A stretch of 64,000 bases of DNA from an uncultured Sulfitobacter sp. GTDB lineage: Bacteria > Pseudomonadota > Alphaproteobacteria > Rhodobacterales > Rhodobacteraceae. Shown piece by piece: positions 50,825 to 59,905 of this stretch. The stretch lies in the NCBI RefSeq assembly GCF_947499945.1, contig NZ_CANMQD010000003.1, positions 168,120 through 232,119 on the forward strand, in the 5' to 3' direction. The notes beneath the pieces are model-generated. The model made no database searches and had not been told where the DNA came from. It saw nothing but the letters and a program-made list of their open reading frames with translations. A program made the position numbers and the translations under genes. Within the stretch, counting starts at the first letter, position 1, and each line of letters opens with the position of its first letter.

Positions 50825-51976
50825 ATGAGCGCGGAGCAGACAACAACACTGGTACAACGCAAAGCGCGTAACGCCCGCGAAGCACAAGCGGCGCGGACCA
50901 TGTCGTTGCCGCGTGCGCTGCGGCTGACGGCAGCCAAGCAGGCTGACCGTTTAATGGGGCTGCCGCTCAGCGCCTTAAGCATTACGCGGCGAACATTGTG
51001 CGGGGATGAACTGCCTGCATGTCTTAACGATGATGACCTGATACTTTTGATGGACGGGATTGGAACACAAGTGGCTGCTGTGTTGCTGGATCCTGTGCTG
51101 GTCGCTGGTTTAATCCAACAGCAGACGATGGGCAAAGTACGCCCTGCACCTGAAGGGGACGAGACACGTAATGCGACGGCAACCGATGCCGCTCTTTGTG
51201 CCCCATTTATAGAGGGGTTGCTTGGCGGGGCCGCTCTGCTGCCAGACGACGCTGAAGAAGCTGCGATCCTAAAAGGATACCGTTTCGGGGTTTGGGCGCA
51301 GGAACCACGCCAGGCGCAACTGGCGCTGGATGCGAGCGACTATACCGTGATCGAGATGATGCTGGACATGGCGGCGGGCACGCGGGCGGGCAAGCTTGTT
51401 ATAATCTTGCCCGAGCCTGCGCGCGTGGCTGCGGTCCCTGATCCTGACAGCGTTGAAGCGGAGCAACCAATATCCCGAAACAATCTCTCGGAAAATGTGA
51501 TGGGGTTGAAGGCCGATCTTATGATTGCGCTGACCCGTGTGAAGATGCCTTTGCAAAAGGCAAGCGCGTTGAAAACAGGGGATCTTGTTGATCTCAACTT
51601 GTCGAGCATGGCGCAAGCGTTGGTTATTGATGCAAATGGCCGTGCGATAGCGCGGGGAACACTTGGCCAGATAGACGGGATGCGTGCGGTTCAGGTCGAA
51701 CAGCGCAATGCCCGCCAGCATACACAGCCACGCAGGCGTGCCGCAGACCGCGACGAATTGGATTTGCCCGACATTACCGGGCAGCAGAATGATCTACCCC
51801 TGATGGACGAACTGGGAGACGTCGGGTTGCCGAGTTTTGCGGATATGGATGTGTTCGGCAATCTAGACGATCTGCCAGACTTGCCGGACATGGATGAAGC
51901 GGCGCATGCGGCTGACGCACAAATGGCCGAATGGCAGGCACCCACTGCCGAAGCAGACGGAGCGCTGAAAGCTTGA
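50825..51976 (+). CDS. FliM/FliN-family (SpoA-domain) switch-like protein with acidic C-terminal tail
   Basis: FliM-like middle region (AAVLLDPVLVAGLIQQQTMG). FliN/SpoA-like segment (LKADLMIALTRVKMPLQKASALKTGDLVDLNL...IARGTLGQIDGMRAVQVEQ). Tail has repeated D-L-P motifs. Confidence 0.75.
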   Translation: MSAEQTTTLVQRKARNAREAQAARTMSLPRALRLTAAKQADRLMGLPLSALSITRRTLCGDELPACLNDDDLILLMDGIGTQVAAVLLDPVLVAGLIQQQTMGKVRPAPEGDETRNATATDAALCAPFIEGLLGGAALLPDDAEEAAILKGYRFGVWAQEPRQAQLALDASDYTVIEMMLDMAAGTRAGKLVIILPEPARVAAVPDPDSVEAEQPISRNNLSENVMGLKADLMIALTRVKMPLQKASALKTGDLVDLNLSSMAQALVIDANGRAIARGTLGQIDGMRAVQVEQRNARQHTQPRRRAADRDELDLPDITGQQNDLPLMDELGDVGLPSFADMDVFGNLDDLPDLPDMDEAAHAADAQMAEWQAPTAEADGALKA

Positions 51977-52040
51977 TGCCTGCTCAAATCAGGCCCAAAT
52001 TCTTCTACAGCATTTTTTAGCAGGTCAATGGTCTGCGACC

Positions 52041-52463
52041 CTAAGGCTCGTGCTGCTCCAGATAGGGGCGCATGTTATCGATGTCATAGCCGCCCGCACG
52101 GGCCGCAGTCAGGATTGCATCGGCCGACTGTAGCCCTGCTTGGCCCAAGGCCCAGGCAATGCAAGAGCGCGTACCGGAGGCGCAATAGGCAAGGGTTACG
52201 CCCTCTTGGTCGGCACCGATGCTGCGATTTCGAGCAACGTTTTCTTCGTTCATCGTCTGGTGTGTCAGCGGCTGATGCACAAATTCCAAACCTGCCGCCT
52301 CGGCTGCGGCCTGCATCGCGGCCGCGCTGTAAGCGGGGGGCACTTCCTCGTCGGGGCGGTTGCTCAGAATTCTGGTAATGCCGGCCTCTTTGAGCGCACC
52401 CATTTGGTCAGGTGAAATCTGTGGGGCGACGTAGTAGCGGGGGGTGAGTTGACGAATATCCAT
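52041..52463 (-). CDS. TIGR01244/DUF442-family phosphatase-like (sulfur-transferase-associated) protein
   Basis: MDIRQLTPRYYVAPQISPDQM...ILSNRPDEE...LAYCASGTRS active-site-like loop. Confidence 0.8.
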   Translation of the reverse strand: MDIRQLTPRYYVAPQISPDQMGALKEAGITRILSNRPDEEVPPAYSAAAMQAAAEAAGLEFVHQPLTHQTMNEENVARNRSIGADQEGVTLAYCASGTRSCIAWALGQAGLQSADAILTAARAGGYDIDNMRPYLEQHEP

Positions 52464-52536
52464 GCACAAGACTTACCCAAGCCGCAGATAGCTGTCCAGC
52501 GGACACATAACGTTAGGCGCGATCCGTGCAGATTGT

Positions 52537-52776
52537 TTAGTCCAGAAAGATGCCGATGATCACCGTCATCAGGCCAATAACGGATAAAAACAGCGCCCCA
52601 AGGTTCAGCGGCACTACTTTTTTCAACTCGGCACGCATTTCTTCATCGCTCAGTCCTGCGCGTTTGGCGCGGCTTACGCGGATGATGCAATAGACAAGGC
52701 CCAAGAGGCCCAGCACGGAGATGCCTGTACCTGACCAGATCAGGATGTCGAAAACGGAGGATGATGTTTGTTCCAT
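52537..52776 (-). CDS. small two-TM membrane protein
   Basis: Start at MEQTSSSVFDILIW. 79 aa with two hydrophobic helices. Confidence 0.5.
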   Translation of the reverse strand: MEQTSSSVFDILIWSGTGISVLGLLGLVYCIIRVSRAKRAGLSDEEMRAELKKVVPLNLGALFLSVIGLMTVIIGIFLD

Positions 52777-52895
52777 GACGCCGAGATAGGATAATCGGCG
52801 CATGGCGGCAAGAGCACCTTGCGGGGGGGCATGGGGCAGGGTAGCAAGGCGCCTCAAATCAGTCCCCAATTCCGCACCGCACAAGGAGCCACCCC

Positions 52896-53183
52896 ATGAG
52901 CGATTTTAGCACCAACCCTGCCGTCACAGAAGACGCCGTAGGCGATGCGACGTACAAAGTAACCGCCAATGAGCTGCGCCAGTTTGTCGAGCGGATCGAG
53001 CGTTTGGACGCCGAGAAAAAAGACCTCGCCGAGCAGCAAAAAGAAGTCATGGCAGAGGCCAAGGGCCGTGGGTACGATACCAAAGTCCTGCGCAAAGTCA
53101 TCGCCCTGCGCAAGCGCGAGCCGAACGATATTGCCGAAGAAGAAGCCGTGCTTGATATGTATAAAGAAGCGCTGGGCATGTAA
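52896..53183 (+). CDS. DUF2312/UPF0335 (GapR-like) protein
   Basis: [69 protein letters not shown]. Confidence 0.85.
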   Translation: MSDFSTNPAVTEDAVGDATYKVTANELRQFVERIERLDAEKKDLAEQQKEVMAEAKGRGYDTKVLRKVIALRKREPNDIAEEEAVLDMYKEALGM

Positions 53184-53305
53184 TACGGCGCTCTTCTGCT
53201 GGGGGCAGGGGCAAACGGTGCTTGCACCTGTCCTTTCCCGCCCATAGAAGAGCACAAATTTTTATCCCCGCGCGTGCGTGCGCGGCCAAACGCTATGGAG
53301 CACAC

Positions 53306-54637
53306 ATGCAGGTCAAAGAGACGCTTAACGAAGGTCTGAAACGCGGCTACACCATCACGCTGACAGCGGCAGAGCTGGACGTGAAAGTGACGGAAAAGCT
53401 GAAAGAAGCTCAGCCTGACGTCGAGATGAAAGGTTTCCGCAAAGGCAAAGTGCCAATGCCGCTTTTGAAGAAGCAGTTTGGCCCAAAAGTTCTGGGCGAA
53501 GCCATGCAAGAAGCCATTGATGGTGCAATGAGCGAGCACTTTGACAGCTCCGGTGACCGTCCGGCCATGCAGCCCGACGTCAAGATGACCAATGACGACT
53601 GGAAAGAAGGCGACGATGTCGAGGTCGCCATGACCTACGAAAAACTGCCGAACATTCCTGACGTTGATTTGACTACGATCAAGCTCGAGAAGATGGTTGT
53701 GAAGGCTGACGATGCCTCCATCGACGAAGCGTTGGCGTCGCTGGCCGAGACGGCACAGGACTTCAAAGCACGCAAAAAAGGCTCAAAAGCCAAGGACGGC
53801 GATCAAGTCGTTATGGATTTCGTGGGCAAAGTTGACGGCGAAGCGTTTGAAGGCGGTTCCGCCGAGGACTATCCGCTGGTACTGGGCTCCAACTCCTTCA
53901 TCCCCGGTTTTGAAGAGCAGTTGGTCGGCGTGAAAGCGGACGAAGAAAAAGACATAACCGTCAATTTCCCAGATGATTATCAGGCCGAGCATCTTAAGGG
54001 CAAAGAAGCCGTGTTCTCCTGCACCATCAAAGAAGTTAAAGAGCCTGTCGCCGCCGAGATCAACGACGAGATGGCCACAAAGTTTGGTGCCGAAGACCTC
54101 GCTGCGCTGAAAGTGCAGATCGGTGAGCGTCTGGAAGCTGAATACACGGGTGCATCCCGTGCAATCATGAAGCGTGGTCTGCTCGACGCGCTGGACGGTA
54201 TGGTTGATTTCGATCTTCCGCCATCCCTGCTCGATGCCGAAGCGGGCCAGATTGCGCACCAGCTGTGGCATGAAGATAACCCAGAGGTCGAAGGTCACGA
54301 TCATCCCGAGATCGAGACGACAGACGAGCATAAGAAGCTGGCAACACGCCGCGTGCGTCTGGGCCTCCTGCTCGCCGAGTTGGGTCAGAAAGCCGAAGTT
54401 GAGGTGACCGACGCCGAGATGACACAAGCGATCATGAACCAAGCGCGTCAGTACCCTGGTCAAGAGCGTCAATTCTTTGAGTTCGTTCAGCAAAACCAGC
54501 AGATGCAGCAGCAGATGCGTGCGCCGATCTTTGAAGACAAAGTCGTTGATTATGTTTTCGAGCAGGCCACTGTGACGGACAAAGAAGTGTCCAAGGACGA
54601 CTTGCAAAAAGCTGTTGAAGAGCTTGAGAACGAGTAA
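53306..54637 (+). CDS. tig: trigger factor
   Basis: Start at [23 protein letters not shown]-type PPIase segment ([38 protein letters not shown]). 443 aa. Confidence 0.95.
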   Translation: MQVKETLNEGLKRGYTITLTAAELDVKVTEKLKEAQPDVEMKGFRKGKVPMPLLKKQFGPKVLGEAMQEAIDGAMSEHFDSSGDRPAMQPDVKMTNDDWKEGDDVEVAMTYEKLPNIPDVDLTTIKLEKMVVKADDASIDEALASLAETAQDFKARKKGSKAKDGDQVVMDFVGKVDGEAFEGGSAEDYPLVLGSNSFIPGFEEQLVGVKADEEKDITVNFPDDYQAEHLKGKEAVFSCTIKEVKEPVAAEINDEMATKFGAEDLAALKVQIGERLEAEYTGASRAIMKRGLLDALDGMVDFDLPPSLLDAEAGQIAHQLWHEDNPEVEGHDHPEIETTDEHKKLATRRVRLGLLLAELGQKAEVEVTDAEMTQAIMNQARQYPGQERQFFEFVQQNQQMQQQMRAPIFEDKVVDYVFEQATVTDKEVSKDDLQKAVEELENE

Positions 54638-54657
54638 CTTCGAGACATTTGAATGAG

Positions 54658-54686
54658 AAAGGGCCGCTCAATCGAGCGGCCCTTTT
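54658..54686. terminator. bidirectional rho-independent terminator between tig and the AOX gene
   Basis: AAAGGGCCGCTC-aatc-GAGCGGCCCTTTT. Confidence 0.7.
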
Positions 54687-54705
54687 GCATTTGTATGCGC
54701 GAAAT

Positions 54706-55338
54706 TTACGCAGCCATCTCGTCAGCTAATTCGTGGTTGCGGTCACGGTGTCCTGCCTCATCGGCGCGTACAGCGATAACGACCTCGCGCAGGCGTGCAG
54801 CCTCTCCAAGCTTCCAATAATCGATAGCGATCTGTGGGGCGGGAACATTCTCGACCTTGCCTGCGTCGATCTCCGCCAAATACTGGGTATAGCTGATAAC
54901 CGCTTCTTCTTCGAGATAGGCCACGACGCGGTGAGCCAAACGTGGAGCAAAGAGGTAGAGGAAGAAATACAGGTTATAGAATACGGCCTGTCCAATCATG
55001 ATCAGGAAACGCTCAAACTTTGACGGTTCTGCGATTTTGATAAACGTCATCAGATGCATACGCTCGTTCTCGGCCTCATCCAGAAGCTCGCGAATCCATC
55101 CTTGATCGTCGCGGATGTGACGCACTGATTTAAGATGCTGCAACAGGCCGCCGACCATACCCGGCACGGCGGCAACGGTTTCCAGTACAACTGCACGGTG
55201 ACCATAGCGTTTCGCGAAGAAGCTGTCGGCGACAATGCGCATCGCCTTGACCGTGCGCAGCGCGATGCGGTCTTTGAGGTCGTTTGGCGGTGTATGCGTG
55301 GCCAGATCACCGTCGTGGCGTTTGGTCATGTCAAACAT
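54706..55338 (-). CDS. aox: alternative oxidase (di-iron ubiquinol oxidase)
   Basis: [49 protein letters not shown]: the four Glu/His iron-binding motifs. Confidence 0.9.
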   Translation of the reverse strand: MFDMTKRHDGDLATHTPPNDLKDRIALRTVKAMRIVADSFFAKRYGHRAVVLETVAAVPGMVGGLLQHLKSVRHIRDDQGWIRELLDEAENERMHLMTFIKIAEPSKFERFLIMIGQAVFYNLYFFLYLFAPRLAHRVVAYLEEEAVISYTQYLAEIDAGKVENVPAPQIAIDYWKLGEAARLREVVIAVRADEAGHRDRNHELADEMAA

Positions 55339-55416
55339 TTTGGGCTCCCTTGTCTATGTTGATCCACATATGGGGGCAGGGAGCCGCGCTACTAGATGAT
55401 GCGTCAATTTGCGCCT

Positions 55417-55899
55417 CTATGCGGGGCGTAGGCCTGTTTCGACCAACATACCGCGTCGCTTTGCCTCGTAATAATAGCCGCGTGAATACCATTTAACGGC
55501 AGTGTCATGACTGCCATCTGACAACAACCATGCGCCGCGTAGGTATTTGACGGCATATTTGAGATTGGTGTCGGCATCGAGCAGATCATTTGGTGTGCCG
55601 CGAAATCCCATTGTGCCTGCCGTCTGTGGCAGAATTTGGAGCAAGCCATAATAGGGGCCATTACGCGCCGCAGGGTTGTGGGTACTTTCGCGGATGGCGA
55701 GGCGGTGCACGAGTGTCCGTGGCACGTCGTAGTGGTCTGCCCAGCGATTGATTGAGGCGCGCAGGGCGGGTGTCTCGTTGGGATGCAAAGGAAGGGTAGG
55801 TGCGGCTGATGTTGAGGCGGCTTCGGGGCTGCGGGCAGAGCAGGCTGAAACCGTAGCGATTGCGCCCAGCAGGAAGACGCGGCGGGAAAGGGCAGACAT
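55417..55899 (-). CDS. lytic transglycosylase domain-containing lipoprotein
   Basis: Start at MSALSRRVFLLGAIATVSAC (lipobox). SLT-like text AIRESTHNPAARNGPYYGLLQILPQTA. Confidence 0.8.
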   Translation of the reverse strand: MSALSRRVFLLGAIATVSACSARSPEAASTSAAPTLPLHPNETPALRASINRWADHYDVPRTLVHRLAIRESTHNPAARNGPYYGLLQILPQTAGTMGFRGTPNDLLDADTNLKYAVKYLRGAWLLSDGSHDTAVKWYSRGYYYEAKRRGMLVETGLRPA

Positions 55900-56075
55900 G
55901 ATCGGGAATCCGTTATCGTTAATCTGCCGCAAGGTAAGGGGTAGGTGGAAACTTTGGCAAGTTGGACAAGCTATCACTGGCGCCGTTCCGCGCAGGGGGT
56001 GGCGAGCTTTTGCCCGTTCATGCGATTCTCGCATGGTAGAGCATCTGAAGCCAGGAAATTGCCACCGTCCAAGTA

Positions 56076-56525
56076 TCAAAGATTTGGATCAATAAGGTGT
56101 CGTGGTCCTGTGCCTGACAGACGTGCGCGGTCCTCAGGGTTATAAAGCGCACATTTTTGTAACGACAGGCAGCCGCAACCTATACAGCCGTCAAGCGTAT
56201 CGCGCAGTCGCTCCGCCTTTGCGATACGCCGGTCCAGATCCTTGCGAAATTTGGTAGCCATACGGGTCCAGTCTGCCGCAGTAGGCGGTCGGCCTTGGGG
56301 CAGTGTTTTCATCAATGCGCTTAGATCGCGTAGCGACACACCTAACTCTTGTGCGATCATCACAAAACTCAGTTTGCGGATGTCTGATCGGTCAAATCGG
56401 CGATGGCCAGACGAATTCTTGAGAGGCGTGACAAGGTCAAGTGTTTCGTAAAACCGAATTGCCGAGACTGCCAAGCCGGTGCGCTCTGCCACAGCGCCGA
56501 TTGTGAGACCTTGGGACGGGGGCAT
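56076..56525 (-). CDS. soxR: redox-sensitive transcriptional activator SoxR
   Basis: MerR-type HTH (LTIGAVAERTGLAVSAIRFYE) and the [2Fe-2S] motif CIGCGCLSLQKCALYNP. Confidence 0.9.
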   Translation of the reverse strand: MPPSQGLTIGAVAERTGLAVSAIRFYETLDLVTPLKNSSGHRRFDRSDIRKLSFVMIAQELGVSLRDLSALMKTLPQGRPPTAADWTRMATKFRKDLDRRIAKAERLRDTLDGCIGCGCLSLQKCALYNPEDRARLSGTGPRHLIDPNL

Positions 56526-56540
56526 AAAAAAACCTCTTGA

Positions 56541-56558
56541 TCTAACGTTAACTTGAGG
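56541..56558. promoter_or_regulatory. SoxR-box-like operator in the soxR / VOC-gene divergent promoter
   Basis: TCTAACGTTAACTTGAGG matches 15 of 18 positions of the E. coli soxS operator CCTCAAGTTAACTTGAGG. The right half is identical. A TTGATC -35-like hexamer overlaps the left edge. Confidence 0.55.
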
Positions 56559-56600
56559 AAGTACACCATGAGTCGCAATAACTTACAAATGGAGAGATTT

Positions 56601-56978
56601 ATGACCGAACTTGAACATATTAACGTGACTGTGCAGGACGTGGATGTCACTGCCAAACTATTGTGTGATTTATTCGGGTGGGAAGTTCGATGGCAGGGCC
56701 CGTCGATTCATGAGGGACGTTCGGCACATGTTGGAAGTGCTTCGAGCTATCTCGCGCTTTATTCTCCACCAAGTGCAACTGAACCAGCAGCAGAAAGCTA
56801 TCACAAACGTGCAGGTCTCAATCATATCGGAATTGTTGTGGATGACTTGGACGCGGTGGAGGCGCGGATAAAGGCAAAAGGGTATGTGCCCAATAGCCAT
56901 CAGGACTATGAGCCCGGACGGCGGTTTTACTTTGACGATGAAAACGGGATCGAGTTCGAGATCATTTCATATGCCTGA
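56601..56978 (+). CDS. VOC-family (glyoxalase/bleomycin-resistance fold) protein
   Basis: Start at ATG 56601 after GGAGAG. LEHINVTVQD...LNHIGIVVDDLDAVEARIKAKGY...FYFDDENGIEFEIISY. Confidence 0.8.
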   Translation: MTELEHINVTVQDVDVTAKLLCDLFGWEVRWQGPSIHEGRSAHVGSASSYLALYSPPSATEPAAESYHKRAGLNHIGIVVDDLDAVEARIKAKGYVPNSHQDYEPGRRFYFDDENGIEFEIISYA

Positions 56979-57043
56979 CGTCTGGAAGCGAGATCATGCT
57001 TTCTGTGTGTGTGATCCCGCATTGTAAAATGTTAAACGCCGCG

Positions 57044-57074
57044 CAGGGATGCTGCGCGGCGTTTAATTCTGTCG
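57044..57074. terminator. bidirectional terminator hairpin between the VOC gene and rplI
   Basis: 13-bp perfect stem AAACGCCGCGCAG / CTGCGCGGCGTTT with a 5-nt loop. Confidence 0.7.
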
Positions 57075-57088
57075 TCAAAGAGGAAGAA

Positions 57089-57709
57089 TTAGGACTCTTC
57101 GTTCTCATCTGCTGCGGCAGGTGCTGGTGCATCCAGATCGCCATCTTCGTCCGCGGCGGAGCCGATATCGTCGAAGAGTTCGGAAATCTCGAATTCTGCT
57201 GCGGCTTCTTCTTCCGCTGCGAGTTCTTGGATGGACTTGCCTGCGGCCTGAAGTTCGGCTTCTTCGGGTGAACGTGCAACGTTCAGCTCGATTGTGGCGT
57301 CAACTTCTGGGTGCAGAACAACCTGTACGTCATGAATGCCCAGATACTTGATAGGGGCGATCAGGACGACCTGCTTGCGGTCCACAGTGAACCCTTCGGC
57401 AGTTGCGGCTTCGGCGGCGTCACGTGTGGTAACAGAGCCGTAAAGCGCACCTGCGTCGGAGGCAGAACGAATCACAACAAACTGCTGGCCATGCAGCTTG
57501 GCAGCCATTGCTTCGGCTTCTTTCTTGGTCTCGAGGTTTTGTGTCTCGAGTTGGGCTTTCTGACCTTCAAAAGAAGCAATGTTCGCTTTGGAAGCGGTCA
57601 GTGCTTTTTTCTGTGGCAGTAGGTAGTTGCGCGCAAAGCCTGGTTTGACGTCAACGACGTCGCCCATCTGGCCGAGTTTCGCAACACGCTGGAGAAGGAT
57701 AACATGCAT
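57089..57709 (-). CDS. rplI: 50S ribosomal protein L9 with acidic C-terminal extension
   Basis: [36 protein letters not shown]. 206 aa with an Asp/Glu-rich tail. Confidence 0.95.
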   Translation of the reverse strand: MHVILLQRVAKLGQMGDVVDVKPGFARNYLLPQKKALTASKANIASFEGQKAQLETQNLETKKEAEAMAAKLHGQQFVVIRSASDAGALYGSVTTRDAAEAATAEGFTVDRKQVVLIAPIKYLGIHDVQVVLHPEVDATIELNVARSPEEAELQAAGKSIQELAAEEEAAAEFEISELFDDIGSAADEDGDLDAPAPAAADENEES

Positions 57710-57721
57710 AATCTCTACTCC

Positions 57722-57949
57722 TTATTTCACTGCGTAGGGCAGCAGGGCGAGGAAGCGGGCGCGTTTGATGGCACGGGCCAATTCACGTTGCTTTTTCGCG
57801 GATACTGCGGTGATACGGGACGGCACAATCTTGCCACGCTCAGAGATGTAGCGCTGAAGCAGACGTGTGTCTTTGTAATCGATTGCCGGTGCATTGTCGC
57901 CCGAGAAGGGGCAGACTTTGCGACGGCGGAAAAATGGTTTTGCGGCCAT
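57722..57949 (-). CDS. rpsR: 30S ribosomal protein S18
   Basis: [10 protein letters not shown]...[50 protein letters not shown]. Confidence 0.95.
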   Translation of the reverse strand: MAAKPFFRRRKVCPFSGDNAPAIDYKDTRLLQRYISERGKIVPSRITAVSAKKQRELARAIKRARFLALLPYAVK

Positions 57950-57977
57950 GGTTTAGAGTCCTTTCAACAACCTAAAA

Positions 57978-58331
57978 TCAGCGACGTTCACGGCGCTCTG
58001 GGCGCTCGTCACGTTTTTGCATCTGAACGGAAGGCAGCTCTTTGTGCTCGTCCATCTTGATGGTCAGAACGCGCATGACGTCGTCATGCAGGCGCATCAG
58101 GCGTTCCATCTCCTGCACGGCAGTTGCCGGTGCATCGGAGCGCAGGAAGGCATAGTGCCCCTTGCGGTTCTTGTTGATTTTATAGGCCATCGTCTTGACG
58201 CCCCAATACTCGCTGTCAACGAGTGTCCCGCCGTTGTCGGACAGGACGGTACCGAAATGTTCGATCAGGCCTTCGGCTTGTGTATTGGACAAGTCTTGGC
58301 GAGCGATCATTACATGCTCATATAGCGGCAT
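57978..58331 (-). CDS. rpsF: 30S ribosomal protein S6
   Basis: Start at MPLYEHVMIARQDLS. EYWGVKTMAYKINKNRKGHY. 117 aa. Confidence 0.95.
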   Translation of the reverse strand: MPLYEHVMIARQDLSNTQAEGLIEHFGTVLSDNGGTLVDSEYWGVKTMAYKINKNRKGHYAFLRSDAPATAVQEMERLMRLHDDVMRVLTIKMDEHKELPSVQMQKRDERPERRERR

Positions 58332-58610
58332 GTGTGCTCCACTTATTTCAAGGCGCATTTCATAGGTAGGGCGATGATCCTTTGCGGCCCCACCACGAGA
58401 GTCTGCGCGGTTAAATCGTCTTACAAAGGAAGCACTGCATATACACCGTTTACACCGCAGCACAAGCAGTCAGTGCAGGGACGCTTCATGTCGATTGGAT
58501 TTGCACTATTGCTGCTTGGCCAGCTGCCCTCGACATGCCCAAACTGTGCCCTGATTTTGTCCCATTGATCCTTCACCTCTTGGTTAATCAAAAAACACGA
58601 GGGACAAGAC

Positions 58611-59105
58611 ATGACTATCACAGCCGATCACAGCTTTCCGCCAAAACCTGCGCTGGGGACTGCCCACGTTCTCGACGGGGGCCGTCTTGTGATGCGTCTA
58701 TCGGCCCGCATGGGTTCAGTTACCTTTGCGATGGTCGCTGTATTGGTCTGGTTTGCTCCGGGTGCGACGTGGGACAGCGATGTTTTGCTGTTCAAAGCCG
58801 CGTTGATGGTTGTTTCGATTTTTGTCTCCGCAGGATTGTGGCAGATGAGCCTGCCTCCCGTGAAGCCCACGGTCGAAGTGGACATCCAGAACATGGAAGT
58901 ACGCGTCATGCGCCGTCGAGGGGCAGAGCCTGCACGCGTTGTTGAACGCTGTGCGTTTAGCGATCTGGATGCAGTTGACTTGAATGGCCGCCATATCATC
59001 ATGTGGAACAAGGGTAGCCGTCTGCTGGCCGATATCACCCTGAGCAATGCAACGGTGCACGCGTCGTTGCTGGCGGCCCTGCGTAGCGTTGGAAAGCTCG
59101 CCTGA
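58611..59105 (+). CDS. hypothetical membrane protein
   Basis: 164 aa with two hydrophobic helices and then a soluble ~70-aa C-terminal part. No recognised family. Confidence 0.5.
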   Translation: MTITADHSFPPKPALGTAHVLDGGRLVMRLSARMGSVTFAMVAVLVWFAPGATWDSDVLLFKAALMVVSIFVSAGLWQMSLPPVKPTVEVDIQNMEVRVMRRRGAEPARVVERCAFSDLDAVDLNGRHIIMWNKGSRLLADITLSNATVHASLLAALRSVGKLA

Positions 59106-59245
59106 CGATCGATGTGCACAAGCAGATAGCTTTTGCGTGACTTTCGTTCGCCACCGCGCAGACGATGTTTGATTCTTGGGGATTGAGTTTAGCAGCATTT
59201 GCACCAAATACTTTTGTAGGATTTAACCTTACATGGAGTATTGCT

Positions 59246-59815
59246 ATGAAATCTCTCGTTCTTGCTGCCCTCTTGTCTGCTTCCGCCTCAATGGCGATGG
59301 CTGCTGAGAAATACGTTCTGGATGCCAGCCACAGCCAAGTTGTATTCTCTTATAACCACCTCGGCTTTTCAACGACCTACGGCATGTTCTCCGGCTTTGA
59401 AGGCGAGATCATGTTTGATGAGGCCGACCCAGCGAACTCTTCCGTGGCTGTCTCGATGCCGACAAAATCCATGTTTACAGGCTGGGAAAAGCGTGACGCG
59501 CACTTCATGAGCGACGATTTCTTTGGCGCCTCTGACGACGATATGATCACCTTCAAGTCCACGTCGATTGAAGTGACAGGCGAAGGCACTGCCAACATTA
59601 CAGGCGATCTTACCATGAACGATGTGACAAAATCCGTTGTTCTGGCCACAAACCTGAACCAGCTTTCCGAGCACCCAATGGCGAAAAAGCCATGGGCAGG
59701 TTTTAATGCGACTACAACGCTGCTGCGCTCAGACTTTGGCGTGGACAAGTTCGCACCGTTTGTAGGTGACGAGATTGCAGTGACAATTTCGCTTGAAGCC
59801 ATGAAAGCAGAGTAA
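59246..59815 (+). CDS. YceI-family periplasmic protein
   Basis: Signal peptide MKSLVLAALLSASASMAMA. YVLDASHSQVVFSYNHLGFSTTYGMFSGFEGEIMFD, typical YceI. Confidence 0.85.
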   Translation: MKSLVLAALLSASASMAMAAEKYVLDASHSQVVFSYNHLGFSTTYGMFSGFEGEIMFDEADPANSSVAVSMPTKSMFTGWEKRDAHFMSDDFFGASDDDMITFKSTSIEVTGEGTANITGDLTMNDVTKSVVLATNLNQLSEHPMAKKPWAGFNATTTLLRSDFGVDKFAPFVGDEIAVTISLEAMKAE

Positions 59816-59835
59816 GTTTTTGTGATCTAATGAGT

Positions 59836-59876
59836 AAGGGCCGCAGGGAAATACCTTTCCGCGGCCCTTTTTTTAT
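59836..59876. terminator. rho-independent terminator after yceI
   Basis: AAGGGCCGC...GCGGCCCTTTTTTT hairpin with a T7 tract between convergent genes. Confidence 0.7.
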
Positions 59877-59905
59877 GCCTCGCTCTTGCGTTGATGCGGT
59901 ATGCC

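Noticed and set aside
53783-54607. 274-aa ORF on the minus strand
   Set aside because: Antisense to trigger factor. Low-complexity, His/Leu-rich text with no family features.
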